DNA from: Promethearchaeota archaeon
GTDB taxonomy: Archaea > Asgardarchaeota > Lokiarchaeia > Sigyniarchaeales > SOKP01
DNA: 21,411 nucleotides
NCBI GenBank assembly: GCA_008080735.1
Contig: SHMW01000073.1
Location: 1 to 21,411, forward strand
Direction: 5' to 3'
The notes below the pieces were generated by a model. That model was not told where the DNA came from and made no database searches. It saw only the letters and a program-made list of their open reading frames with translations. Both the position numbers and the translations under genes were made by a program. Of the stretch, positions 7,451 to 16,990 are shown piece after piece (position 1 is the first letter of the stretch; every line of letters begins with the position of its first letter).

Positions 7451-8911
7451 ATGAAAGAATCTGAATTAGAACCAAAAGCCTTAAGTAAGGAAGAATTATC
7501 GAGGATCTCATCTGGAATAAATGGCGAGGAAATTTTGGAGTTCCAAAAACATTCACTTAACAATTTTGTGGAACCACTAACTCCTATAGAGGCAAAAGAG
7601 CCGGGCTCGCCATGGGTCAGAGTCCAAGATGAAGAGGGGAATATGAAAGATATTTTAGATTGTACCTCGATGAATTGGACCCTTGCATTAGGGTTTGCAC
7701 ATCCCGATGTGAATTATGCAGCCTTAGAACAGATGAAACGTCTAACACATGTGAGGTATAATTGTTTGACACCAGCAAGAGCAAAATTAGCGAATAAATT
7801 AGCAGCTATTGCTCCAGGAAAGTTAAAGGGCGGAAGAGTTGCATTTAATTGCGAAGGAGGGGGACTGGCCAATGAAGCAGCGATGAAACTAGCGATGATT
7901 GCCTCAAGAGGTGCAGATCATTTCGGTGCGTTTTGGCATGGATATCATGGATCAAGCTTGGTAACTGCTACGCTTTCCCAGCCGATTCACGCGGTAACGC
8001 GTTTTGATACTTTTGCGACGGGGCATTTCACACGTATGCCGCAACCATATTGTTATAGATGTATGTGGAATTATAAGAATGGAATTAACGGAGAACGGGA
8101 TCCAGAGTGTAATTTAGAATGCTTTAGTGTGGTGGAAAAGTATCTTAAAGGAATGGCACCAAAGCAAATAGCAGGAGTGATTCTGGAGCCCATACAAGGA
8201 GCAGGAGGACATATTCCATTCCCCCCCGATTTTTTAAAAGAATTAAAGCATACCTGCAAAGAAGAGAAAATTTATTTAATCTATGATGAATGTCAAACAT
8301 GTATGTGGAGGACGGGCAAATATTTTACAGTAACAGAGAAATATCAAGAAGAATTAGGGTTGGATGTGTCTCCAGATATGATGACCTTCACGAAGGCTAT
8401 TGGAGGCGGTTTTCCTTTAGGTGTTTTAATTGCCAGCCAGAAAATGAGAAAGACATTTACTCCAACAGAAGAGCATACTACTTTTAGCTCAGATCCAGTC
8501 GCCTTAACTACAGGATTAGCGGCAATAAAAGTCATAGAAAAGGAGAAGTTGGGAGAGAACTGTGAAAAAATGGGAAATATCATTACTAAGAGATTAAAGG
8601 AAATGCAAGAAAAATATGAAGTAATGGGAGATGTTCGAGGTCCAGGATTATTCATTGGTATTGAAATGGTAAAAGATAGAGAAACCAGAGAACCTTATAC
8701 TGAGCTGGTAGAGGAGATGATGCAAATTGCTCCAAAATATAATCTATATTTAGGGGAGAGTATGCCTATTCTCTCAGCGAAAGGAGAACTCTTAATGAGA
8801 AATCTTGTAAAAATTAAACCGCCTCTCGTTATAACTGAAGAAGATACAGAATTCATATTGGAAAACTTTGAAAAAGTATTAAAAGAAGCGTTAAATAAGG
8901 TCAAAGAATAA
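7451..8911 (+). CDS. Class III PLP-dependent aminotransferase (GabT/taurine/omega-amine type)
   Basis: LGFAHP, ANEAAMKLA, YHG, EPIQGAGG, DECQT, the PLP lysine in FTKAIGGG, DVRGPGL, IKPPL. Alternative TTG start at 7442. Confidence 0.9.
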   Translation: MKESELEPKALSKEELSRISSGINGEEILEFQKHSLNNFVEPLTPIEAKEPGSPWVRVQDEEGNMKDILDCTSMNWTLALGFAHPDVNYAALEQMKRLTHVRYNCLTPARAKLANKLAAIAPGKLKGGRVAFNCEGGGLANEAAMKLAMIASRGADHFGAFWHGYHGSSLVTATLSQPIHAVTRFDTFATGHFTRMPQPYCYRCMWNYKNGINGERDPECNLECFSVVEKYLKGMAPKQIAGVILEPIQGAGGHIPFPPDFLKELKHTCKEEKIYLIYDECQTCMWRTGKYFTVTEKYQEELGLDVSPDMMTFTKAIGGGFPLGVLIASQKMRKTFTPTEEHTTFSSDPVALTTGLAAIKVIEKEKLGENCEKMGNIITKRLKEMQEKYEVMGDVRGPGLFIGIEMVKDRETREPYTELVEEMMQIAPKYNLYLGESMPILSAKGELLMRNLVKIKPPLVITEEDTEFILENFEKVLKEALNKVKE

Positions 8912-8949
8912 ATAATTAAAAATTTTGAAAAAATAATTTTTTTACTTTT

Positions 8950-9756
8950 TTATGTTTTATTGATGGATATGGTCATACCGCCGTCTAGTTTTATATTTTC
9001 TCCCGTTATATAATCTGATTTCGGAGATGCTAAAAATTCTGCCACATCAGCAACCCATTCGGGATCCCCAATCTTATCTATGGGTAATTTAACTCCCCTA
9101 CTCTCTAAAAATTGACGAATCAATTTTGGATCGTTATTATAAATGGGGGTTAAAAATACTCCGGGTGAGATTGCGTTAACAGTTATATCGTCAGGTCCTA
9201 ACTCTAAGGCCCAGAGTTTGGTAAAAGCAATAAGGGCTGCCTTACTTGCGCTATATACCCCAATAAACGGATTTAGACCATTATCAGTTCCAGCACAAGA
9301 TGCAATATTAATTATTTTTCCTCGAACGGGTTTAAAATCCCTCTGTCTTTTCATCTTTCTAAAAAAGATTTTGGTCATATTCCACGCACCTTTCACATTG
9401 ACCGCCATGACCTTATCATAGATCTCCTCTTTAGCCTTTAGAGAAGAATAGAGACCACCGTCTATACCTGCGTTATTTACTAAGAGATACACATTATCGA
9501 ATGTATCAAAAACATCATTTTCCATTTGTTTAACTTGATTTAGATCTGTGATATCAGCATGGATGATTTTTATATCCACCTCGAATTCATTCTCAATTAT
9601 CTTTTTGGATTCTTCTAAACCATCTTGGTCAATATCATTTAAAACTAAATCAGCACCTTTCGAGGCAAATCGCTTTGCCATAATGCGCCCAAATCCAGAA
9701 CTCCCTGCTCCAGTTATGACTGCTACCTTTCCTTTCAAATACTTTTCATTTCCCAT
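8950..9756 (-). CDS. Short-chain dehydrogenase/reductase (SDR)
   Basis: TGAGSSGFG, NNAG, YSASK catalytic motif, VNAISPG, YITGE..LDGG. Confidence 0.92.
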   Translation of the reverse strand: MGNEKYLKGKVAVITGAGSSGFGRIMAKRFASKGADLVLNDIDQDGLEESKKIIENEFEVDIKIIHADITDLNQVKQMENDVFDTFDNVYLLVNNAGIDGGLYSSLKAKEEIYDKVMAVNVKGAWNMTKIFFRKMKRQRDFKPVRGKIINIASCAGTDNGLNPFIGVYSASKAALIAFTKLWALELGPDDITVNAISPGVFLTPIYNNDPKLIRQFLESRGVKLPIDKIGDPEWVADVAEFLASPKSDYITGENIKLDGGMTISINKT

Positions 9757-9855
9757 TTTACATTCCTCCTCTCTTAAAATTAATTCTTTGATCCTTTTTA
9801 TATATCAGATAAATATATGATTTTTATGATGAAAATTAATAAGAATTGAAGAACT

Positions 9856-11601
9856 CTAAGGATTTTTAAATAGTCCTTTTGATTTCTTATACAAACCGAC
9901 TATTTTCATTGCTGGAGGTGTTTCAAATGCAATATCTACATCTATTACTGCTGGTTTTCCAGAATCAACTGCTCTTTGAAGTGCGGGTTTAATATCTTCC
10001 GGCTTTTCTACTTTTTCACCATAACATCCGAATCCTTTACCGATTTCAGCATAGTTCGTTGAAGGGAAGTCTACATCACAATATCGCTTACTTAGATTGT
10101 TTCTTTGGTTTGATTTTATCATACCCCAACAGCTATTATTCGCTACAACTACTATTATCGGTAAATTTAAACGAACTGCGGTATCCAAATCTTGAACATT
10201 AAACATGAAACTTCCATCTCCAGTTAAGCAAACCACTAATTTATCTGGTTTTGCCATTTGAGCACCAATCGCATGAGGTATGCCAGTACCTAAATGACCC
10301 ATTGAAATTGGATAATAGGTACATCTCGGCTCTCGCGTCTTATTACTTAACAAACCGAAGGTAAACACCGCAATATCTCCTCCATCGAGAACAAATTGAG
10401 TGTCGGGTTCGATGAAATCTAAAACCTCCCACGCTAATCTCTGGGGTTTCATAGGAAGTTTATCTGATTTTAAGATCTTGTCTATATTTTGTTGATCTGC
10501 ATCCTTCAATTCTCTTAAATAGGTATTCCATTCATCCCACTGCGTTATTTTTGCCTTAGGTAAATCATCCTCCATTTCTGAAAGAAATTGATTTATTACC
10601 GCCTCAACATCTCCGATAATAGGAACTTTTGTAGGTCTATTTTTTCCTATTACTGTAGGATCAATATCAACTTGAACTACCTTTTGATCTTGGTTCCATA
10701 TTGGAGGTGCTCCATAGAGTAATGTATAATCCCATTTTGCTCCAAATGAAATTACAACATCTGCTTGAGATGCGGCAGTTCTGAATGCATTTGCGGTAAG
10801 ATAAGATCCGATGTATGTATCCTTATCATTTGAGATTGCTCCTATACCGTTAATGGTTGTACCTGCGGGGATTCGATATTGTTGTGATAATCTTTTAAAA
10901 TTTTCGGAAGCTTCCGAGGCAATTGTACCTCCTCCGGCGATTAATAAAGGTTTTTCTGCCTCTATTAAAAGTTTTATAGCAGATTTAATTGCATCAGGAT
11001 TCCCAGAAGGTCTGTGAAGGGGTCTATAGTTTTCTGGAGGGACAATATCTTTATAGTATTCTTCTTTTGCCTCTCGAACCAATGCAGTTTCTCTTAATTC
11101 TAAAAAAACTGGACCCCTTCGGCCTGACATTGCTGCTTTCATTGCTCTCTGAACCGCTTTAGGAATCTCGTAAGGCTCCTCAACAGAGATTTGCTCTTTG
11201 GTAATCGGCTCCATTAATTTCATTTGATCTAAGCCTCCTTGTAGTATTCCTGTATCATCAAACATTCTAGCAATCTGAGCCCCTATTACCAGAAGCGGGA
11301 TAGAATCTGCCCATGCTGCCGCAATTGCAGGAACTAAATGAGTTACTCCGGGACCCGCAGTCCCCAAGCAAACACCGATATCCCCAGTAGCTCTGGCCCA
11401 TGCATCAGCAGCATGTCCACCTGCTTGTTCATGACGCATCATAATAGTGTCAATACCTTCTTCTCTTCCCCATCTTTCGACCGCATCATAGATTCGGAGT
11501 AATTCACCACCAACAATTCCGAAGATTTTACTAATACCCTCATTGATTAAGCATTCTACAACTAAATCTCCGCCTTTATTTTTTTGTTTTTTACTTACCA
11601 T
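9856..11601 (-). CDS. Thiamine-diphosphate-dependent enzyme (acetolactate synthase-like / 2-hydroxyacyl-CoA lyase / Xsc superfamily)
   Basis: RHEQ catalytic Glu, AGPG, GPV, and the ThDP motif GDGSF…NN. Confidence 0.88.
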   Translation of the reverse strand: MVSKKQKNKGGDLVVECLINEGISKIFGIVGGELLRIYDAVERWGREEGIDTIMMRHEQAGGHAADAWARATGDIGVCLGTAGPGVTHLVPAIAAAWADSIPLLVIGAQIARMFDDTGILQGGLDQMKLMEPITKEQISVEEPYEIPKAVQRAMKAAMSGRRGPVFLELRETALVREAKEEYYKDIVPPENYRPLHRPSGNPDAIKSAIKLLIEAEKPLLIAGGGTIASEASENFKRLSQQYRIPAGTTINGIGAISNDKDTYIGSYLTANAFRTAASQADVVISFGAKWDYTLLYGAPPIWNQDQKVVQVDIDPTVIGKNRPTKVPIIGDVEAVINQFLSEMEDDLPKAKITQWDEWNTYLRELKDADQQNIDKILKSDKLPMKPQRLAWEVLDFIEPDTQFVLDGGDIAVFTFGLLSNKTREPRCTYYPISMGHLGTGIPHAIGAQMAKPDKLVVCLTGDGSFMFNVQDLDTAVRLNLPIIVVVANNSCWGMIKSNQRNNLSKRYCDVDFPSTNYAEIGKGFGCYGEKVEKPEDIKPALQRAVDSGKPAVIDVDIAFETPPAMKIVGLYKKSKGLFKNP

Positions 11602-11689
11602 ATTTTAAGATTATAGTGAGTTTGATATAAATATTTTTAATTTAAAAGTGTTTAACAATAAAAAGAATAAGAAAATGAATTTTCTGAGA

Positions 11690-12136
11690 TTAAAATTCAA
11701 GTAATTCTATATAATACCCGATTAAATCTTTAGTATCTAAATATGTGAACCTCAATTTACCTACATTTCCAACTTGAGCGATGTCCACATTAAAGTCTTC
11801 CTTAAATTGTGTAATAAATTTATCGGCGTCTTTGACGTAAATTCCGAGATGATGGAGGCCAGTATTCCCTTCTTCAATAAATTCTGAATAAAGATTTGGT
11901 CCGTTGGCTTTAACAACCTCCACAACCTCAAATTGTTTTCCTCCGAAAAACTGCATTATCTTTTTCATCGTAAATTTAACTTCCTTTCCTTTATAGATCA
12001 CGTTTGCATCTTGTTCGAGAATATTAATAGCTCCTTTAAACGCAAAGAGGGCTCGATATAGCTCTGCGGACTTCTCAATATCATTTACCACTATTCCTAC
12101 TTGGTCAAATTTATCAAGCTTAAATTTTTGTGTCAT
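11690..12136 (-). CDS. VOC/glyoxalase family protein (methylmalonyl-CoA epimerase-like)
   Basis: DQVGIVV.DIE, QFEV, GLHHLG, YLDT…IELLE give Q/E/H/E metal ligands. Confidence 0.85.
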   Translation of the reverse strand: MTQKFKLDKFDQVGIVVNDIEKSAELYRALFAFKGAINILEQDANVIYKGKEVKFTMKKIMQFFGGKQFEVVEVVKANGPNLYSEFIEEGNTGLHHLGIYVKDADKFITQFKEDFNVDIAQVGNVGKLRFTYLDTKDLIGYYIELLEF

Positions 12137-12189
12137 AATTAAACTTAGTATTCAAATAATAAATTTTGTATGTTTTAATTTGGAAAAGA

Positions 12190-13488
12190 TTATTTTACCT
12201 TTGGTGCAAACTCTAATTCTCCGGTCGGCTTTTGGAGCGAAAACTCACCCTTTAATATCATTTTTTTTAGCCTTTCTGCGAGTTTTATGGCCCCATTTCT
12301 GTCGGATTGCCTTAAAACAACTGGTATTTCTTTCCTTTCTTTCATTCCCTCGAGTTTCACATTGATTGACTTTAAATCTATATCAAAAGCCTCTTCTGGA
12401 CATACTATGTAACACGTCCCGCAATTAAAACATCGGTTTCTATCTATCCCCTTCTCTAAATCAAAGGCATCCGTGGGACATTTTCCGTCTACTGGACATT
12501 CATCACAATCAATACATTTGTCAGGATAAAATTTGACAACAAAGTTATTATCCCAAACATCTCCATATGTTATTTCTCCCACGCGGAATCTTCCCACAAC
12601 ATTTAATATGGTTAGTGGAACATCATTATCCGATTTAATAATATTGTTCCAGATTTTTTCATTAAGAACAGGCAGAGGTACAGCAATCGAACATATACTC
12701 TCAGGACCATAAGATGTTTTAAATGAACCCATAAATTCTGGATCCATACCTTTCATATCGCAAATTGTTTGAAGATTTGGTTTTAGTCGATCATTTCGTG
12801 TCCCAGGCCCCATAATATACCCAATTTGACCATTAACCAAGATTTTGGTACCTATGCCCATAACGTCCGCATCGGGATCGTTTTGAAAGGGATTCATAGC
12901 ACCGCATCCAGAGAAAGTTAATTGAGAGAAGTTTCCTTTAAGTGGAAGGGCAGAAAAGATAGTCTCCACCACATTTTCTGTTGGATTTACCATCGCAAAA
13001 TAATTCCGGATTGCTTGTCTAGTACCCATTAATCTGGCAAATTGGAAATCTTTTAAAGTTAATGTTTTTTCTATTTCAATTCCTTCTACACTTTTTGCCC
13101 TTATATTCACTTGTTTTCCTTCAACAAGATCCCTAAAGAGCATCCCTCCAGAATAATTTTTTCTCGTCTCACTTTTTGCAGTACCATATAAGATTAGGTC
13201 AATTATCCCTAAAAATTCATTAGGACAAGGCCCTGGAAATCCAGGTATTCCATTAATGCTCACTTCTATAAATTTGCGAACTTCTTTGGGAGGAAATAAT
13301 CTAAAAGAGAAAATACCTGCTATTCCGCTCATAAGAGCCTTAGTAGCAGTGGTTATAACATCTACATCTTCAAATCCGATATTTTCTCCGTCTTCTAATT
13401 TATCTATTAATTCTTGAACGGTGAGGATATTTGCATTTCCTTCCTTAATTTTCGAATTTATCTCTTCGAGAGTTCTTTTTTTTTCCAA
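12190..13488 (-). CDS. Methanogenesis marker 16 metalloprotein (DUF39 + 2x[4Fe-4S]; ComF / coenzyme M synthase-like)
   Basis: 'RTLEEIN.KI', 'DVDVITTAT..LMSG', 'GPCPNE.LG', 'SGCG..NP.QNDP', ferredoxin motifs CIDCDEC…CP and CFNCGTC…CP, and C-terminal RQSDR. TTG start. Confidence 0.8.
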   Translation of the reverse strand: MEKKRTLEEINSKIKEGNANILTVQELIDKLEDGENIGFEDVDVITTATKALMSGIAGIFSFRLFPPKEVRKFIEVSINGIPGFPGPCPNEFLGIIDLILYGTAKSETRKNYSGGMLFRDLVEGKQVNIRAKSVEGIEIEKTLTLKDFQFARLMGTRQAIRNYFAMVNPTENVVETIFSALPLKGNFSQLTFSGCGAMNPFQNDPDADVMGIGTKILVNGQIGYIMGPGTRNDRLKPNLQTICDMKGMDPEFMGSFKTSYGPESICSIAVPLPVLNEKIWNNIIKSDNDVPLTILNVVGRFRVGEITYGDVWDNNFVVKFYPDKCIDCDECPVDGKCPTDAFDLEKGIDRNRCFNCGTCYIVCPEEAFDIDLKSINVKLEGMKERKEIPVVLRQSDRNGAIKLAERLKKMILKGEFSLQKPTGELEFAPKVK

Positions 13489-13620
13489 GGAAAAACACTT
13501 AAATTAAGTTATAAGATGTGAATTTTAATATTTGATGATAATAAAATTTTTTTATTTAATTATGATTTACATTCCTAGATAAGAGTAAATACTGAAGAAA
13601 AAACAGAGGTTTTGAAATAA

Positions 13621-14352
13621 TTGAAATATTTTGAATCCAAATTAAAAATTGAATTAGAAAATTTTGCAGATATCAGAGATAAATTAGAATTTTGTAGGAA
13701 ATTGGATATTAGAGATGTTATATTAGAACCTACAAATTTTCAAGAAAAAATACCTCTGACGGTTAAAAAAAAAATAGAAGATATTGAAGATCTCAATATT
13801 CTTTTTCGTATTAATCTAAAACCCACTACCCTCAAGAATTTAAAAAAAAAAATTTCTTCATTAAATAATGTTTCAGATATAATCTCTGTTGAAACAGCTG
13901 ATCCAAAAATTCAATTATTCGCAGCAAGGGATTCTCGAATTGATTTACTATCCTTTTCAAATTATAGAATTCTAAACAGTTTATCTGAAGGCGTTTTGTC
14001 CCTGGCATATCAAAATCACACTTTCATTGAATTTACACTCAAGCATATAATGAATGATAATATTCGCTTTCAGTCAAAATTTTTTAGATTATTGTATAAA
14101 TCTATTAGAATGGCGATGAAAAAAAGAGTGAAATATATTCTTAGCGGAAATTTCGTAAATAAATATGATTATAGAAATCCAAAAGCACTTATGAGTATTT
14201 TAAATACTCTAATTGGGATCAGTATGCCAAATTTGGAAAGTGCGTTTGGGGAAAACGTGGTTTCTCTGATAAATAGAGCCAAAAATAGAGTGAATCCACA
14301 CATAGTTGAAAAAGGGGTACAATTAATCATGGAAGGTGAAGAGAAAAATTAG
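13621..14352 (+). CDS. rnp3: Ribonuclease P protein subunit Rpp30
   Basis: PHP-like fold with 'AARDSRIDLL', 'IEF', 'ILSG…YDYRNP'. It sits directly upstream of Pop5. Confidence 0.8.
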   Translation: MKYFESKLKIELENFADIRDKLEFCRKLDIRDVILEPTNFQEKIPLTVKKKIEDIEDLNILFRINLKPTTLKNLKKKISSLNNVSDIISVETADPKIQLFAARDSRIDLLSFSNYRILNSLSEGVLSLAYQNHTFIEFTLKHIMNDNIRFQSKFFRLLYKSIRMAMKKRVKYILSGNFVNKYDYRNPKALMSILNTLIGISMPNLESAFGENVVSLINRAKNRVNPHIVEKGVQLIMEGEEKN

Positions 14353-14686
14353 AAAAGAAAGACAGAGATATATATTATTTAGAATAATAAGAAAAACTTC
14401 TTATTCATTTTCCAAGAAGAAATTCTTGAATATTTTGTGGAAAACTATATGGAAATATTATGGGATGAAAACTGCAAACAAAATAGGCCTTTGGCTGATT
14501 GATTTTGATTTGGAAAAGAATTATGGAATAATTAGATGTACTCATCAAACGAAGGAAGTAATGATATCGGCATTGAGCTTGATCAGATCGATTGATGAAT
14601 GCCGAATTATTTTTTCACCTATTAAAACAAGTGGAACGATTAAAAAATTAAAAGAATGGATAATTGAAAAAAAAATTTATAGATAG
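14336..14686 (+). CDS. rnp2: Ribonuclease P protein subunit Pop5/Rpp14
   Basis: 'RERQRYILF'-like start (KERQRYILF), 'GIIRCTH', 'TSGTIKKLK'. The GTG start overlaps the rpp30 end by 17 nt. Confidence 0.9.
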   Translation: MKRKIRKERQRYILFRIIRKTSYSFSKKKFLNILWKTIWKYYGMKTANKIGLWLIDFDLEKNYGIIRCTHQTKEVMISALSLIRSIDECRIIFSPIKTSGTIKKLKEWIIEKKIYR

Positions 14687-14694
14687 GAGATTTC

Positions 14695-15138
14695 ATGACG
14701 GAAGAACTCACAATAGCGCAGGTTTTAGAACTTGAAAATTTAAAAAATTTTAAAATTACTAATTTATTAAAAGAAGAATTGAAATTAATGGATGATTCAA
14801 AATATATACTTGTTATTAAATTACGTGCCCCAAATTGCATAAAATTAACTTTATATCCAGTTAGCAATAAAAAAATTGCTAAACTTACAATATCAGGAGA
14901 AAGATTTACTAGTAAACAAATAAATGAGATTATAAAAATTGTAAAAGATTTAAATATTATTCACACTTCAGGGTTGACTTCTAAAGATGAAAAATTCTTC
15001 TATGAATGCTATTTGGATTTAAATTTAGATAAAGCCGAAGATTTTTATGTAAAAAACTTTAAAAAATCTATAAGGAAGTTAAGAGATTTAAGAAAAAATA
15101 TAAAAATTGAAGAAATAGGTATAATAAAGGGAGATTAA
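14695..15138 (+). CDS. Hypothetical protein, probable C-terminal ACT-like domain
   Basis: Preceded by AGGAG. 'KLTISG…INEIIKIV..LNIIHTSG…FYECYLD' has an ACT-like beta-alpha-beta pattern. Confidence 0.5.
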   Translation: MTEELTIAQVLELENLKNFKITNLLKEELKLMDDSKYILVIKLRAPNCIKLTLYPVSNKKIAKLTISGERFTSKQINEIIKIVKDLNIIHTSGLTSKDEKFFYECYLDLNLDKAEDFYVKNFKKSIRKLRDLRKNIKIEEIGIIKGD

Positions 15139-15143
15139 AAATA

Positions 15144-15608
15144 ATGAAAAAATGGGAAGTCTCTTTGGCTGTAAATAAAGCAATTAAAGAAAAGATTCAA
15201 CTTTTTGATGCCAAACGATATTTTGATGGTTATTTAAAGATTAAACGTAGTTATTTCAATGGTTTACTTAACACCATAGAGACCTCTAAGAATTATACAG
15301 TTGCAAAAGCAATAGAAAAAGTAGAATCAGATGGACAAGATTGGACATTGAATCCGTGGATACTTTTACTTATAAAAGACACCGAAAAATCCAAGTCATT
15401 CTGGTTTTTAATGAAAAGAGAGCAGGATCTGTCTGGATTATTAATTGCGATTGGTCCAAAAGAATTCTCGGACTATAATTATAGTAACTCAGAAAGTAAA
15501 AGGGAAATAATGAGGATTATAAATTACATTGTTGCTTATCTTAATAAGTTCAGATGTATGATTTTATTACCTAATTATCTTTCTCAACTTGTTGGGTCTT
15601 CATATTAG
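15144..15608 (+). CDS. Hypothetical protein
   Basis: 154-aa ORF, ATG start 5 nt after the upstream stop, host-like composition, no recognised motif. Confidence 0.65.
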   Translation: MKKWEVSLAVNKAIKEKIQLFDAKRYFDGYLKIKRSYFNGLLNTIETSKNYTVAKAIEKVESDGQDWTLNPWILLLIKDTEKSKSFWFLMKREQDLSGLLIAIGPKEFSDYNYSNSESKREIMRIINYIVAYLNKFRCMILLPNYLSQLVGSSY

Positions 15609-15748
15609 TGGGAGATTCCTAAAGTATATTTTTTCTCTATACATTCTCAATAATCCTATTGGAATTAATGAAAGAAAAATATTTTAATCAAACTTTTAAT
15701 TACTTAAGATTAAATTATTTAATTGAGAAATTTAAGTGAATTTTCGAT

Positions 15749-16573
15749 TTGAAAAAAAGAGACTTGAAAGGAATATCTATTTTGCTATTAGTAAGTCTAT
15801 TGATCCTCTCAAATGTGATTGAAGTTTCATACGCATCGTCTTTAGTGATTGATCCCGTATTTGGAGATGCTCCAATTATTGATGGAACCATAGATTTATC
15901 TCAGAATGAGTGGGAACAAGCCCAATTTGAAAGAATTTATCTTAAAACAGATGTAAATGAGAGCGGAGGGTTGCCTATAGATTTAAAATGTATTCAAGAT
16001 GAGGAGAATCTGTATCTACTCATTCAATTCGAACTTGAACTTGAAGAGGTCAAAAATCAAGAATTTTTGGCAATATTAGTGTCAAATTCTACAGATGAAA
16101 ATTTTGATAATTTCAAGGATGCAAAAATGGTTAATATTTCAAATATTCAATATTCCTATAATGACCTATATTTAAATGATAGTATCTACTTAAATGATGA
16201 TGTCTATCATGGAAATGGAGCGGGTAGAATAATAGAAGAAGAAGGAAAAGCAATCTTCACGTTTGAATTTATGTTTCCTTTATTTTCAGAAAGTACATCG
16301 GAAAATAGCGAGGATATTAGATTATTATATAACTCTGAGCATGTATTCAATATCACTCATGGAAATAATCCTGTTTTACCTGATGGGATTAAAAGAGGAG
16401 CCACAATTCAAATTAATATTTTAGAAAAACAGCAGAAAGAGGGCGGATTAGATTTAAATATTATAGCGCTCATATTTACCATTATCGTGTTTACTTTTAT
16501 CGGATTATTCTATACCTACTATATTTACCAAATCATTCTATTAAGAAAAAAAATGGAGAGGATTGGATATTAA
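15749..16573 (+). CDS. Secreted, C-terminally membrane-anchored protein with a CBM9/DOMON-like beta-sandwich
   Basis: N-terminal signal peptide (KKR + hydrophobic + YA), 'APIIDG.ID…EW..A', 'DEENLYLLI', 'FEF.FPL', many N-x-S/T sequons, and a C-terminal TM followed by RKK. Confidence 0.65.
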   Translation: MKKRDLKGISILLLVSLLILSNVIEVSYASSLVIDPVFGDAPIIDGTIDLSQNEWEQAQFERIYLKTDVNESGGLPIDLKCIQDEENLYLLIQFELELEEVKNQEFLAILVSNSTDENFDNFKDAKMVNISNIQYSYNDLYLNDSIYLNDDVYHGNGAGRIIEEEGKAIFTFEFMFPLFSESTSENSEDIRLLYNSEHVFNITHGNNPVLPDGIKRGATIQINILEKQQKEGGLDLNIIALIFTIIVFTFIGLFYTYYIYQIILLRKKMERIGY

Positions 16574-16962
16574 TGTCCAAATTTAAAAAAAAGAGAGGTG
16601 GAGAAGAGAAGGAGGATGGAGGGTATAGAACAGTGATTTTCACAGCCATAATAACGGGGGTATTATTTATAGCCTCCTTATTATTCAATGGGGAGATCAT
16701 CTCCTTAACATTTCCTAATAACATAATATTTGAATTAGTGAAAATTGTCATTAGAACAATATTGATCTTGCTTTTCTTCTTGTTTTTTACTATATCTTAT
16801 GCAAATTATCGTGATTTAGTCGGTAAGCCAATAGGATGGAAAGAGTTGCTATTTCTCTTAATCTTATCGATGATTCAGTCTATTCTAAATGTTTATGTAT
16901 TTGTTTTATCCTTATTAGGATTGATTTTAATATTATTGTATCTGTATCTTATACAAGAATAA
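16573..16962 (+). CDS. Small polytopic membrane protein
   Basis: 3-4 hydrophobic segments; TAATG overlap with the upstream gene. Confidence 0.7.
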   Translation: MSKFKKKRGGEEKEDGGYRTVIFTAIITGVLFIASLLFNGEIISLTFPNNIIFELVKIVIRTILILLFFLFFTISYANYRDLVGKPIGWKELLFLLILSMIQSILNVYVFVLSLLGLILILLYLYLIQE

Positions 16963-16990
16963 TCTAAATCTAAAATACTGTATAGGAGAT

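Noticed and set aside
8071-11017. ORFs 8071-8259, 8290-8487, 8344-8655, 8695-8904, 9143-9421, 9548-9820 and 10811-11017
   Set aside because: They overlap the well-supported aminotransferase, SDR and ThDP genes and have no independent evidence.
12190-13488. Marker 16 as evidence that the organism is a methanogen
   Set aside because: There are no mcr/mtr genes in the window, the other content is Asgard-like, and a single marker is insufficient.
13530-13600. TTGATGA … CTGA in the marker16/rpp30 spacer as a second C/D sRNA (also lone ATGATGA near 9826 and 19827)
   Set aside because: There is no terminal stem, the putative guides are low-complexity AT, and the sites are better explained as divergent promoter DNA.
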